64,000 nucleotides of DNA from a virus (taxonomy: Duplodnaviria; Caudoviricetes). The stretch lies in IMG/VR virus record IMGVR_UViG_3300033273_000282, positions 128,001 to 192,000 of that record. One strand, given 5' to 3'. A program made the translations under genes and the position numbers. The notes beneath the pieces are model-generated. The model did not search any database. It had not been told where the DNA came from and worked only from the letters and a program-made list of their open reading frames with translations. This document shows positions 48,094-58,298 of the stretch, piece by piece; the stretch's first letter is position 1; the number at the start of each line of letters is the position of its first letter.

Positions 48094-49101
48094 ATGTTAA
48101 ACACTGGATACACTTATAACAAGATCATCCGTAAGTGCGTTATCGCTTTCGGTACGATGTTCAATAATATCGAGGTTCGCAAAGAAAACCCCGATGGATC
48201 AACGTACCAGAAAATGAAAGTGCCTCTGGCTTATGGACCTAAGCAGAAGTTTCTTGCCAGAATTGAACAGCAGCCAGATCTTAACAAGAAAGTTTCCATC
48301 ACTCTGCCACGCATCTCCTTTGAGATTACTGGCATTAACTATGATGGCACTCGAAAGTTAAGTCCGATCACCTTAAACCTTAAGGCGGATGGTAACAATG
48401 CGGTTAGAAAGGTATACACCCCAGTACCATATAACATCGAGTTTAGTCTTTCTGTTTTATCCAAGACTAACGATGAGGCTCTGGAAATCATGGAGCAAAT
48501 CCTCCCATTCTTCCAACCCTCTTATAACGTTACGATCAAACTTATTGAAGACCTCAATGAGTTCCGTGATGTGCCTATCGTTCTTAATGGCATATCATAC
48601 TCTGATGAATACGAAGGTGACTTTACTCAGAGAAAACTTACAACGATTGACTTCACGTTTTCGATGAAGACATATCTGTTTGGTCCTTCTCAGACTGGCG
48701 CACCCATTAAGAAAGCTTCTGTGGATCTCAAGATGGGAACCAACAGAGAGTTGGCACCACGCAGAGTTACCTATCAAGTTACTCCTGCCGCAATCAGAGA
48801 TGGAGATCTCGACGGCACTTCTACTCTCATGGCTGATCTTACTAAGACAGCAACCACAATTGAAGTACAAGACTCCTCTGTATTCACTATCGGTGAATTC
48901 ATCGAAGTTGACAATGAAGTGATGAAGGTTGCCACACTTGTAAATGCTACAAGCATTACAGTTGTCCGTGGTCAGAAAGGAACCAGTAAAGCACAGCATT
49001 TGGCTGGTGCTTCTATCGATCTGATCAACTCTGCTGACGACGCATTGCTTGAAGCGGGTGATGACTTTGGTTTCAATGAACTGACGAGTTTCTATGGATA
49101 A
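48094..49101 (+). CDS. gp15: Tail terminator / sheath stabiliser gp15
   Basis: FGTMFNNI, KVPLAYGPKQKFLAR, LPRISFE, PVPYNI, EQILPFFQP. Confidence 0.95.
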   Translation: MLNTGYTYNKIIRKCVIAFGTMFNNIEVRKENPDGSTYQKMKVPLAYGPKQKFLARIEQQPDLNKKVSITLPRISFEITGINYDGTRKLSPITLNLKADGNNAVRKVYTPVPYNIEFSLSVLSKTNDEALEIMEQILPFFQPSYNVTIKLIEDLNEFRDVPIVLNGISYSDEYEGDFTQRKLTTIDFTFSMKTYLFGPSQTGAPIKKASVDLKMGTNRELAPRRVTYQVTPAAIRDGDLDGTSTLMADLTKTATTIEVQDSSVFTIGEFIEVDNEVMKVATLVNATSITVVRGQKGTSKAQHLAGASIDLINSADDALLEAGDDFGFNELTSFYG

Positions 49102-49498
49102 GTTTGACGGGTTAGATAAGGCGTTTGAAACTGTGAGTGAACTCTCCACAGTTAGTGAACCCAAGAAACCACCTGCTCCAATTGAAAAGGATCAGGTACA
49201 AGATGATCATGAATATAGCAGAGCAAACCTTTATCAACTGATCGAAAAAGGTCAGGAAGCAATCAATGGTGCTCTAGATGTAGCAATGTCATCTGACCAT
49301 CCCAGAGCATATGAGGTGGCAGGTCAACTTATTAAGCATGTCGGTGATGTTACCGATAAGTTGATGGCTCTTCAGAAGGCAACTAAGGATGTCAAAGAAG
49401 AAAAGAAGAAGGGTCCAACCAATGTTACAAACGCACTGTTTGTTGGATCAACAGCAGACCTTCAAAAAATGTTGAAGGATGCTTCTAAAAAACAATAA
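49094..49498 (+). CDS. gp16: Terminase small subunit gp16
   Basis: DYEYSR.NLY.L, HPRAYEVAGQL, NALFVGSTADLQKML. Confidence 0.95.
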   Translation: MDKFDGLDKAFETVSELSTVSEPKKPPAPIEKDQVQDDHEYSRANLYQLIEKGQEAINGALDVAMSSDHPRAYEVAGQLIKHVGDVTDKLMALQKATKDVKEEKKKGPTNVTNALFVGSTADLQKMLKDASKKQ

Positions 49499-49501
49499 AT
49501 A
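49495..49501 (+). promoter_or_regulatory. Late promoter-like ATAAATA
   Basis: Overlaps the gp16 stop, upstream of the ORF at 49524. Confidence 0.6.
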
Positions 49502-49523
49502 GAAAGAAGGTATTAGTAGTCCA

Positions 49524-49784
49524 ATGATTGTAAAACCACTGTCAGTCGCTGAAGACATTCAGGCAGCTGCTAGTGTCAACGCTACTATTCTTGCTGCTCC
49601 TCTGGTGCTGTGTACGAATAGTTCCGCCACAGCAGCTGCTGCGGTGACCGTTGTTGCCACTGGCTTTGTTGCTTACATTCCACCAGCGAGTTCGCTAGTT
49701 ATTGAAAAACCAACAGCATCTGCTTTGGATGCCACTGGCGCGGCTGCCTCCGTATGGGCAACTGCTGTAGCATATAAAAACTGA
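49524..49784 (+). CDS. Small hypothetical protein (86 aa)
   Basis: Ala/Val-rich beta pattern ..VIEK..S..L; behind a late motif. Confidence 0.65.
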   Translation: MIVKPLSVAEDIQAAASVNATILAAPLVLCTNSSATAAAAVTVVATGFVAYIPPASSLVIEKPTASALDATGAAASVWATAVAYKN

Positions 49785-50038
49785 TGGCAAATAGAATCAA
49801 CGAATACGGAAAGTATTATCTCGCTGAAGTATTATGGCGAGGTAAACCTTATCGTCTTCAGTTGTTCTTTCCCTACCTAAACAAACCACAACGAGGTGAT
49901 ATCCAGAAACAGGCAGACAAGGTTTACCCTGGATGCCGTGTTTATTCTTACTCTGAGTCAGAGTACAAGATTAAGCAAATACCTCTGTTTTTAGCGTTAG
50001 AGTCTGAGCGTGCTAATGTAGACGGGACTCTCCTCTGA
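49784..50038 (+). CDS. Small hypothetical protein (84 aa)
   Basis: WRGK.Y.LQLFFP...P.R..IQ....KVYPG motif; TGATG overlap. Confidence 0.65.
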   Translation: MANRINEYGKYYLAEVLWRGKPYRLQLFFPYLNKPQRGDIQKQADKVYPGCRVYSYSESEYKIKQIPLFLALESERANVDGTLL

Positions 50039-50040
50039 TT

Positions 50041-50361
50041 ATGACAATCTCCCCAACTACCTGGCTACTTTTAGTTCTATTGTTCTGTGTAGCGTACGCT
50101 GGTTGGGAAGGTACCATGCGTTTGATTACGTACATTGAATTAGAAATCAAGTACGGATATGTGAAATTGCGTATGTACTTTATGGAAAAACGTCTTAGAC
50201 GGGAGCTTCAGAAAACAATTACGCAAATGGAAAAAGAGTATGGAATTAAACTCGGAGAGGGAAGTCTCGGACCTGTCGCTCAAAAGAGTCGATTGTCCGA
50301 AGTGCGGAGCGATGTGGATCAACGGTCAACACATCTGGGCGACGGGCAAGATAGGGGATGA
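50041..50361 (+). CDS. Hypothetical protein with N-terminal hydrophobic segment
   Basis: WLLLVLLFCVAYAG hydrophobic stretch. Confidence 0.5.
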   Translation: MTISPTTWLLLVLLFCVAYAGWEGTMRLITYIELEIKYGYVKLRMYFMEKRLRRELQKTITQMEKEYGIKLGEGSLGPVAQKSRLSEVRSDVDQRSTHLGDGQDRG

Positions 50362-50506
50362 GCTTGACTTAGCTGGTCTTGTGTGTAATAATTTAGGAGA
50401 TAGTACCTGTATCAATCCATGCGTAGGTATGGATGGTGGCGATACCTGGAATAAACGCAGGGAATTCCTAGAAACATACGAACCAGAGGTCAAAGAAGAT
50501 GAGTGA
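50240..50506 (+). CDS. Small Cys-rich hypothetical protein
   Basis: CPKCGA.WINGQH.WATG...DLAGLVCN...CINPC. Confidence 0.7.
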   Translation: MELNSEREVSDLSLKRVDCPKCGAMWINGQHIWATGKIGDELDLAGLVCNNLGDSTCINPCVGMDGGDTWNKRREFLETYEPEVKEDE

Positions 50507-50771
50507 AGTTCCAGAAGATCGCATCACGCTCCTTGAAGATCTTCGAGATGAAGCACTAGATAATCCTGATTGGTACCGCAGTTATGTTGCGGAGCATCCT
50601 CCTATTTCGGAGGCTCCCATCACGTTTGATTCTTTGCTTGGAAAATTCTGCGTTGTCTTTGATGGTCATACGATGTTCTTCAATGAGTTTGACGCAGCAG
50701 AGGACTGGTACCAGCTAAATACCCATAGAAAGCATGTAGCCAGCACAGCAGATGTCTCTGACAATTCGTAA
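50499..50771 (+). CDS. Hypothetical protein (90 aa)
   Basis: Overlap-coupled ORF inside a continuous + strand gene run. Confidence 0.5.
   Translation: MSEVPEDRITLLEDLRDEALDNPDWYRSYVAEHPPISEAPITFDSLLGKFCVVFDGHTMFFNEFDAAEDWYQLNTHRKHVASTADVSDNS
50715..50721 (+). promoter_or_regulatory. Late promoter-like CTAAATA
   Basis: 30 nt upstream of the fibre ATG at 50752. Confidence 0.5.
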
Positions 50772-53700
50772 GTTACCTGAGGAAGCCGCAAATCTCCTCA
50801 GACCACCATCAAGTATTTTCCCTGCTCAGATTGGGGACGTTGTTCTGGAAGCGACTTCCAACACCGTCCTTACGATGAAGTTGAAGGGAAGTGATGGTGT
50901 TGTCAGAAACTTTGACGTTGGTGGTGGTGCTTCCTCCATCGGTACTGAATATGATATTAGGATGGTTTCCACAACTGGTGGAGCCATTTTTAGATTGACA
51001 TCATCGTACTCTGTTCTTGATGATATCACCTTTGCGGAGACTGCTAACCAAGTTAGAGTCTACTATACTAACGATGACACCGTTACGTTTGGTCTTGCGA
51101 ATGATGTAACCATTCCAAACGATCTGGTAGTCACAGGTAATCTTACAGTCAATGGCTCGACCACGACTGTGAATTCGACGACTGTCACAATTGATGACAA
51201 GACATTTGAACTAGGTTCTACCTCTAGCCCGACTGATGCTGGAGCCGATGGTGGCGGGATTGTTCTTAAAGGAACCACAGATAAAAGTATTCTTTGGTCT
51301 AACGTCAATGACGCTTGGACCTTCAATCAGCACATCTATCCTGATGTGGATAGCACTTGGGACTTGGGTTCCAACCTAATCCGCTACGCTAATGTATACG
51401 CTGATGCTGCTAACATCACAGCTATCACAGGAGCACTAACAGGAAATGCGGATACTGCCACGGCGCTTCAAACATCTCGCAATATCAGTGGCGTATCTTT
51501 CGATGGCACTGCTGATATCACGCTTGTCACGGACAACGTACAAGAAAGCGGCACCCCGACCAACATCTATTTCACAGATGCCAGAGCTCGTGCTGCCGTA
51601 TCGGCAACCGATGCTGGTGGTGACGGATCGTTCGCCTACGACTCGGGTACAGGTATCTTTACATACACTGGTCCCAGCGCAGCAGAAACCCGTGCTCATT
51701 TCTCGGGTGGCACTGGAGTCACTATCAACTCTGGAGTAGTTGCTATCGGTCAAGCCGTTGCGACAACTGATAGCGTAACCTTTGCTAGTATCAGTGGTCC
51801 TCTGACTGGTAATGCTTCTACCGCAACGGCTCTTCAGACTGCCAGAACAATCAACGGTATCTCTTTCAATGGTACCGCCAATATCACTCTGGATCTAGAT
51901 GACATTGCGGAAGCCCAAGCATCCCCAACTAATCTTTTCTTCACTAACGAAAGAGTTGATGACCGCGTAGCGGTTCTCCTTCAAGGTGGCACGGGCATCA
52001 ATAAAACCTACGATGATGCCAACGATCAACTGACATTCTCTGTTGATTTCTCTGAGTTTGATTCCGATTCTATTGTAGAAGGTAGCACAAATGTCTTCTT
52101 CACCAATGCTAGAGCTCGTAGCGCAATCTCGCTCGTAGACAATGGCGGAGACGGTTCTCTTACTTACAATTCTACTTCTGGTCAGTTTACTTATACTGGT
52201 CCCAGCGCTGCCGAAGTCCGTGCCCACATTTCTGTCACTGATCTTGGTGGTGATGGATCTCTCGCTTATGATTCTGCTACTGGCGTCATCACCTATACTG
52301 GTGGCTCAGCTGCTGAGACACGTCAACACCTTAGTGGTGGAACTGGCGTCACGTATTCATCTGTTAGTGGTGAGATTTCAATCGGTCAGGACGTTGCTAC
52401 CAACTCCAACGTAACCTTCGCTAACATTACATCTGGTGGTTCTGGTCCTAGATCTCTGCTTCTCCAGAATACAGACAACGTTGGTACAGTAGATACTGCT
52501 GCGAACATTACATTTAAGCATAGTGGTATTGACTTTACCTCCGATTCTATTGTTGCTGATGGCAATGATCTGGGTCACATCGACTTTAGAAACAACGGTG
52601 GCTCTATTGTTGCTCAGTTTGGTTTCCGTAAGCGCAACACCGCAACATCCAAGGTTGCCTTTGAGATCGATACAAACAACGACGGAACTCCAGAGTTTGA
52701 AGTTTCCGATAGCAACATCAACTTCTCGTCCACTAACATCGGCATTACAGCAGGTGCTGGATATACAGTAACCACTGAGAATTCCACAGTTGATTACTCT
52801 GATGATGCTGATGGATATGGTCCTAACTTTATCCTCAGAAGAAACAGCACATCTGCTGCTGTTGATGACCAACTCGGTACTATCCAGTTCATTGGTAGAG
52901 ACGCTGCCAACACTGTGGATCTGGAGTACGGAAGAATTAAGACTGACATTCACCTGACTGCTGCTGGCTCTGAGAGGGGTCTGATGAGACTTCAGGCAAT
53001 GGATGCTGGTTCTCTGTTTGACACCTTAGTCCTCAGAGGTCAACTGGTCGGTCTGGGTATTGATGAGCCTGCTGGTCAACTCCACATCAAAGGTAGTGAC
53101 ACGACTGACCAGGTTATTATTGAGAACACAACCAACTCTTCTACTACCGCCCCTGACCTTGTTCTCTACAAGTCGGGTACTATCAGTATAGGACACCAGC
53201 CTGGTCGTATTGACTTCCGTGGCAGAAACGCTGCCGACAACGCCAACGTTAACTACGGTGGTATCTTCGCTGAGGTTGAGTCTACCACCAATGGTCAAGA
53301 AGGTGGTGCCATTAAGTTCCTCACCTCTCAGTTTGGTACTCTCACCGAAGCCGCTCGATTCAACTCCAGTGGTAACCTCGTTCTTCAGGCAGAAAAGGGT
53401 ATTGATTTCAGTAACCAGACTGCTCTCCTTGGCGTTTCTTACCAAGTTCTTGATCATTATGAAGAGGGTTCTTACGACTGTACCCCATACTTTGCTAACA
53501 CAAATAGAGCAGGTATGTCGAACACCTCTACTGGATACTACACCAAGATTGGTAGAATGGTTCATGTGCATGCCAAGATGGTCGTTAACATCCTGGATAA
53601 CACATTGATTGGTGGTGAACTGAGATTCCCACTTCCATTCCAACCATCTGTATCTTGTAGTAACAATGCTGTTCAGCGTGTGATCATGGAGAATGATTCG

Positions 53701-53904
53701 GGTCACTTCCTGAATACTGCTCAAGCAATCTTCCTTGACGACTCTAGAGATATGATTGTTACTCATGCTGGCTCTCAGAATCAGTACGTTCTTCTCCAAG
53801 GTTTGAACGCTGACTATCAGAGAGGATCCCTAATTACTTCCAGCAACTGTGCCATTGGTCTTGGTACTGTATTCATTGACTTTACTTATAGAGCCGCTGC
53901 TTAA
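50752..53904 (+). CDS. Tail-fibre-like protein (1050 aa) in the g16-g17 interval
   Basis: VTGNLTVNGSTTTVNSTTVTIDDK, LTGNA.TAT.LQT.R.I.G.SF.GTA.ITL repeats and C-terminal YEEG.Y..YTKIGR.VHV..LPF fibre module. Confidence 0.8.
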   Translation: MSLTIRKLPEEAANLLRPPSSIFPAQIGDVVLEATSNTVLTMKLKGSDGVVRNFDVGGGASSIGTEYDIRMVSTTGGAIFRLTSSYSVLDDITFAETANQVRVYYTNDDTVTFGLANDVTIPNDLVVTGNLTVNGSTTTVNSTTVTIDDKTFELGSTSSPTDAGADGGGIVLKGTTDKSILWSNVNDAWTFNQHIYPDVDSTWDLGSNLIRYANVYADAANITAITGALTGNADTATALQTSRNISGVSFDGTADITLVTDNVQESGTPTNIYFTDARARAAVSATDAGGDGSFAYDSGTGIFTYTGPSAAETRAHFSGGTGVTINSGVVAIGQAVATTDSVTFASISGPLTGNASTATALQTARTINGISFNGTANITLDLDDIAEAQASPTNLFFTNERVDDRVAVLLQGGTGINKTYDDANDQLTFSVDFSEFDSDSIVEGSTNVFFTNARARSAISLVDNGGDGSLTYNSTSGQFTYTGPSAAEVRAHISVTDLGGDGSLAYDSATGVITYTGGSAAETRQHLSGGTGVTYSSVSGEISIGQDVATNSNVTFANITSGGSGPRSLLLQNTDNVGTVDTAANITFKHSGIDFTSDSIVADGNDLGHIDFRNNGGSIVAQFGFRKRNTATSKVAFEIDTNNDGTPEFEVSDSNINFSSTNIGITAGAGYTVTTENSTVDYSDDADGYGPNFILRRNSTSAAVDDQLGTIQFIGRDAANTVDLEYGRIKTDIHLTAAGSERGLMRLQAMDAGSLFDTLVLRGQLVGLGIDEPAGQLHIKGSDTTDQVIIENTTNSSTTAPDLVLYKSGTISIGHQPGRIDFRGRNAADNANVNYGGIFAEVESTTNGQEGGAIKFLTSQFGTLTEAARFNSSGNLVLQAEKGIDFSNQTALLGVSYQVLDHYEEGSYDCTPYFANTNRAGMSNTSTGYYTKIGRMVHVHAKMVVNILDNTLIGGELRFPLPFQPSVSCSNNAVQRVIMENDSGHFLNTAQAIFLDDSRDMIVTHAGSQNQYVLLQGLNADYQRGSLITSSNCAIGLGTVFIDFTYRAAA

Positions 53905-55586
53905 TGTCGTCTGATCATTATCTTGGTAATCCCAACCTAAAGAAGGTTGGGACTCCCATTGAGTTTACTAAAGAACAAATTGAAGAGTATCTGAAGTGTA
54001 AGGATGATCCCGTATACTTTTCGATGAACTATGTCAAGATTATCTCTCTTGACGAGGGCGTCGTGCCGTTTAAGATGTGGGATTTCCAGAAAGATCTCAT
54101 CAAGAAGTTTCACCACAATAGATTTAATATCGCAAAGTTGCCGCGACAGACTGGTAAGTCTACTACCTGTGTGTCGTATCTACTTCACTATGCCCTGTTT
54201 AACGACAACGTAAACATCGGTATCCTGGCAAACAAACTGTCTACTGCCCGCGACCTGTTGGGAAGATTACAGTTGGCTTACGAACAGTTGCCATTGTGGA
54301 TGCAACAGGGTATAGTGGTATATAACAAAGGATCGATGGAGCTTGAGAATGGCAGTAAGATACTGGCAGCTTCTACATCTGCGTCTGCTATCCGAGGCAT
54401 GTCGTTTAACATCATCTTCCTCGATGAGTTTGCGTTCATTCCAAACCATATTGCGGAGCAATTCTTTGCCTCTGTTTATCCTACTATTACTTCTGGTAAA
54501 AGCACAAAAGTCATCATCATCTCCACCCCAAATGGAATGAACCACTTTTACAAGTTGTGGGTGGACGCACAGAAAGGTAGAAACGGATATACTTGGACTG
54601 AGGTTCACTGGTCACTTGTACCAGGAAGAGATGCGGAGTGGAAGAAGACCACTATCGCTAACACATCAGAACGACAGTTCACTCAGGAATTTGAGTGTGA
54701 GTTCTTAGGATCGGTTGATACACTGATCCATGCTTCTAAATTAAGAACGCTAGTTTACGATGACCCACTGACTAGCCATAAGGGATTGGATGTATATCAG
54801 AATCCTGTAGAGGGTCATGACTATATTATATGTGTGGATGTGTCCCGTGGATTGTCACAGGACTACAGTGCCTTTGTAGTTATTGATATTACGCAAGCTC
54901 CGTGGTGTCTGGTTGCTAAGTATAGGGACCATGACATCAGACCGATGTTGCTACCCAACGTTATTCAGAGAGTTGCTAGCAATTACAACAAAGCGTACGT
55001 ATTGGTAGAGGTCAATGATATTGGTGAGGCAGTGGCTTCCATGCTTCATTATGACATTGAATATGAGAATGTATTGATGTGCGCTATGCGTGGGCGTGCT
55101 GGTCAGATTGTTGGACATGGATTCTCTGGTGGTAAGACCCAGATGGGTGTCAAGATGTCCAAGACTGTCAAGGCTCAGGGTTGCTCTAACCTTAAGACTC
55201 TGATTGAAGATGATAAACTTCTAGTCAAAGACTACAACATCGTATCCGAACTTACTACCTTCATTCAAAACAAACAATCATTTGAGGCAGACGAAGGATA
55301 TAACGATGACCTAGTGATGTGCCTGGTTATTTTTGCTTGGCTTGTACAGCAAGAATACTTCAAAGAAATGACGGATCAAGATATCCGTAAGCGCATCTAC
55401 GAAGAACAGAAGAATCAAATTGAGCAAGACATGGCACCCTTTGGATTTATTCTAAATGGTATTGATGACGAAGATCAAATTATTGATTCGGAAGGTAACG
55501 TATGGTCGGCTGATATGTCTGATGAGAGTGCTAGATATCATCTAGATGAATACGGTGACAGATCGTTTATGTGGGAGTTCCGTTAA
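53904..55586 (+). CDS. gp17: Terminase large subunit gp17
   Basis: YLGNPNLKK, Walker A PRQTGKST, Walker B IIFLDEFAF, nuclease motifs DVSRG and NDDLVM. Confidence 0.97.
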   Translation: MSSDHYLGNPNLKKVGTPIEFTKEQIEEYLKCKDDPVYFSMNYVKIISLDEGVVPFKMWDFQKDLIKKFHHNRFNIAKLPRQTGKSTTCVSYLLHYALFNDNVNIGILANKLSTARDLLGRLQLAYEQLPLWMQQGIVVYNKGSMELENGSKILAASTSASAIRGMSFNIIFLDEFAFIPNHIAEQFFASVYPTITSGKSTKVIIISTPNGMNHFYKLWVDAQKGRNGYTWTEVHWSLVPGRDAEWKKTTIANTSERQFTQEFECEFLGSVDTLIHASKLRTLVYDDPLTSHKGLDVYQNPVEGHDYIICVDVSRGLSQDYSAFVVIDITQAPWCLVAKYRDHDIRPMLLPNVIQRVASNYNKAYVLVEVNDIGEAVASMLHYDIEYENVLMCAMRGRAGQIVGHGFSGGKTQMGVKMSKTVKAQGCSNLKTLIEDDKLLVKDYNIVSELTTFIQNKQSFEADEGYNDDLVMCLVIFAWLVQQEYFKEMTDQDIRKRIYEEQKNQIEQDMAPFGFILNGIDDEDQIIDSEGNVWSADMSDESARYHLDEYGDRSFMWEFR

Positions 55587-55599
55587 GACTGTGATTTTA

Positions 55600-55606
55600 A
55601 TAAATA
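55600..55606 (+). promoter_or_regulatory. Late promoter-like ATAAATA
   Basis: Intergenic, upstream of gp18. Confidence 0.65.
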
Positions 55607-55646
55607 ATTTTAGACAAATTGAAATCATTCATCAGGAGTACCACGC

Positions 55647-57635
55647 ATGGCTAGCACGCTTCTCTCGCCAGGAGTAGCGATCCAAGAAAGAGATTTAACT
55701 CTTGGATCCGTCGAGACTGTAGAAACTAATGTGGGCGCTATCGTTGGCGCTTTCCAGAGGGGACCTGTAGGTGTCCCCACAAGAGTTACTTCAGAAGCCG
55801 ACCTCCTCAACCTCTTCGGTCAACCTAACGATTCCAACGCTGGTACTTGGTGGGTTGCTTCTAGTTTCCTGTCGTATGGCGGCGTCCTGGACGTTGTTCG
55901 TGCTGCTGGTGCTGCTCTGCTTAACGCTAAAGTCGGTGGCAGTGGTATCCTGATTCGTAACGATGATGATTACGAAGGCAACTACTGGTTCCCAACTGGC
56001 GCTAATACAAACACCTGGGAATTCGCCGCTAAAGAATCTGGTACTTATGGTAACTCCCTGAGAGTTGCTATCATCGACCGTGGTGCTGATCAGAATATCT
56101 ACTTGGCTACCACTCCAGTAACGGCGATCAATGCTGGCGATTTGGTCACCAATGCTGCTGCTACCAAGACTGCTTACGTTCACTCCTGGGACTCTACCAC
56201 TCGTAGACTGTCCCTGATCTGGGCAACTGGTGGTCGTTGGACTGTTAGCGCTGGTGGTGGTGACGAACTGGATGATGGCACCAACCCTGATGTAAGCATC
56301 TCCTCCGAGAAGAACTGGTACGATGAGCAAGAAGTCTTCACAGGTCTTCGCTGGAATCAGCTCGCTGGTAGACCTGGCACTTCTCTTTATGTTGGTGACC
56401 GTGGTGGTGCTTATGACGAAGTTCACATCGTAGTTTACGATGCTGATGGCGGCGTCACTGGTACTCCTCTGACAGTTCTTGAGAAGTTCCTCTATGGTTC
56501 TAAGGCTAACGACGCTAAGACCACTGAAGGTTCCAACAACTACTACGCTACCAACATCTTTGATGGTTCGTCCTACGTTTACTGGGGCAAGCATGAAGAG
56601 TCAGTTTGGGATGTAAGCGCTAACGCTTTCACCACTACTGACGGCAACGTCGGGGCTGGTGCTGGTACTACCTTCGACGTTATCGGTAAGGTAAATTACA
56701 CCCTGTCTGGTGGATATGACGCTTACAACCTGACAGACGCTGAAGTCCTGACTGGTTACGATACACTGTCTGACACTGAGACAGTTAACATCGACTACCT
56801 GCTGATGGGCGACTCTGGTTCTAACAGAACCGCCTCCCTTGCTAAGGCAGCAAGAGTTCTTCAAATCGCTTCTTCCAGAAAAGATTGTATCGGTTTCGTC
56901 TCCTCTCACAAAGGAGATGTTGTTGGAGTTCCCGACAGCGCAACCGCAACAAACAACATGATCGCATACTTCGATCAACTTCAGTCCACATCCTACGGTG
57001 TGTTTGACGCTGGTTGGAAGTATCTGTACGATCGCTTTAATGATAAGTATCGCTGGGTACCATGTAACGGTGACGTTGCTGGTCTCTGTGCTGCTACTAC
57101 AGCAAACGGTGATCCTTGGTTCTCGCCCGCTGGTCTGAACCGTGGAGCCATCCGTAATGCTATCAAGCTTGCTTATTCTCCTAAGAGATCTGAGCGCGAT
57201 GCCCTTTATCAGGCACGCATCAACCCCATCACCAGCCTGCCTGGTCAGGGTATCGTTCTCTTCGGTGATAAGACTGCTCTCGCTTCACCATCTGCTTTTG
57301 ATCGCATCAATGTCCGTCGTCTCTTCCTCGTCGTTGAGAAGACAATCGGCAATGCTGCGAAGGGAGTCCTGTTTGAACTGAACGACGAGTTCACCAGAAA
57401 CAACTTCAACAATGTTGTTGAACCATTCCTCCGCGAGATTCAAGCTCGCCGTGGTATGACTGATTTCCTGGTAGTTTGTGATGGATCAAACAACACACCA
57501 TCTGTGATTGATGCTAACGAGTTTGTCGCTGAGATCTACATCAAGCCCGCACGCTCGATTAACTTCATCACACTGACCTTCGTTGCTACACGCACAGGTG
57601 TTAGCTTCGAGGAAGTAGTCCCCCGCAGAGTTTAA
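55647..57635 (+). CDS. gp18: Tail sheath protein gp18
   Basis: LSPGV..QERDLT, WFSPAGLNRG, FGDKT, FDRINVRRLF, IYIKPARSINFI.L.F.ATRTG. Confidence 0.97.
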   Translation: MASTLLSPGVAIQERDLTLGSVETVETNVGAIVGAFQRGPVGVPTRVTSEADLLNLFGQPNDSNAGTWWVASSFLSYGGVLDVVRAAGAALLNAKVGGSGILIRNDDDYEGNYWFPTGANTNTWEFAAKESGTYGNSLRVAIIDRGADQNIYLATTPVTAINAGDLVTNAAATKTAYVHSWDSTTRRLSLIWATGGRWTVSAGGGDELDDGTNPDVSISSEKNWYDEQEVFTGLRWNQLAGRPGTSLYVGDRGGAYDEVHIVVYDADGGVTGTPLTVLEKFLYGSKANDAKTTEGSNNYYATNIFDGSSYVYWGKHEESVWDVSANAFTTTDGNVGAGAGTTFDVIGKVNYTLSGGYDAYNLTDAEVLTGYDTLSDTETVNIDYLLMGDSGSNRTASLAKAARVLQIASSRKDCIGFVSSHKGDVVGVPDSATATNNMIAYFDQLQSTSYGVFDAGWKYLYDRFNDKYRWVPCNGDVAGLCAATTANGDPWFSPAGLNRGAIRNAIKLAYSPKRSERDALYQARINPITSLPGQGIVLFGDKTALASPSAFDRINVRRLFLVVEKTIGNAAKGVLFELNDEFTRNNFNNVVEPFLREIQARRGMTDFLVVCDGSNNTPSVIDANEFVAEIYIKPARSINFITLTFVATRTGVSFEEVVPRRV

Positions 57636-57655
57636 TTAAAGGAGAGTAAATCAAA

Positions 57656-58267
57656 ATGGCTGAAGTATCCGCACTAGGCGTACTTAATTTTCAAACAAAA
57701 ATCAGGGGCGGCGTACGCCCCAACCTGTTCTCGGTCGATCACGATTGGCCAAACGGTCTGGCAAAGCCCGACGAGGATATGGTATCGCTCTTCTGTAAGA
57801 GTGCTGCCCTCCCCGCAACTTCGGTAGGTACAGTTGAACTCCCCTTCCGTGGTCGTGTCATCAAAGTTCCTGGCGACAGAACTTATGAGTCCTGGACTGC
57901 TACCTTCTACATGGACGACGCATTCAGACTGCGTGGTGCATATGAGAAGTGGATCGAACTGACCAACGCTGTTGATGCTAACGTTTCGCAATCGTCCATC
58001 GACAATGTTCTGAGAACTGTTACCATCACTCAGTTGGATAAGTTCAACAATCCTTCCGAGAAAGGTTTCACAAAGATCCGTGGCTATACACTGGTCAAGG
58101 CATTCCCTGTCAGCGTATCTCAAGTTTCGGTTGCTTACGATAACAACGACTCTTATGAAGAGTTCGATGTTGAGTTTGCTTACCAATTCTTCGAGACTAG
58201 CGAGGAGAATGGTGGTGGTGGAAACGAGCAAAAAGCCAAAGTTTCGGTCAACCAAAAATCCAACTAA
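57656..58267 (+). CDS. gp19: Tail tube protein gp19
   Basis: GG.RPNLF, CKSAALP, FRGRVIKVPGDRT, EEFDVEFAYQ. Confidence 0.95.
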   Translation: MAEVSALGVLNFQTKIRGGVRPNLFSVDHDWPNGLAKPDEDMVSLFCKSAALPATSVGTVELPFRGRVIKVPGDRTYESWTATFYMDDAFRLRGAYEKWIELTNAVDANVSQSSIDNVLRTVTITQLDKFNNPSEKGFTKIRGYTLVKAFPVSVSQVSVAYDNNDSYEEFDVEFAYQFFETSEENGGGGNEQKAKVSVNQKSN

Positions 58268-58270
58268 ATA
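58264..58270 (+). promoter_or_regulatory. Late promoter-like CTAAATA
   Basis: Overlaps the gp19 stop, upstream of gp20. Confidence 0.6.
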
Positions 58271-58298
58271 GTCAGGTAGGAATCGTCCACACTATACA

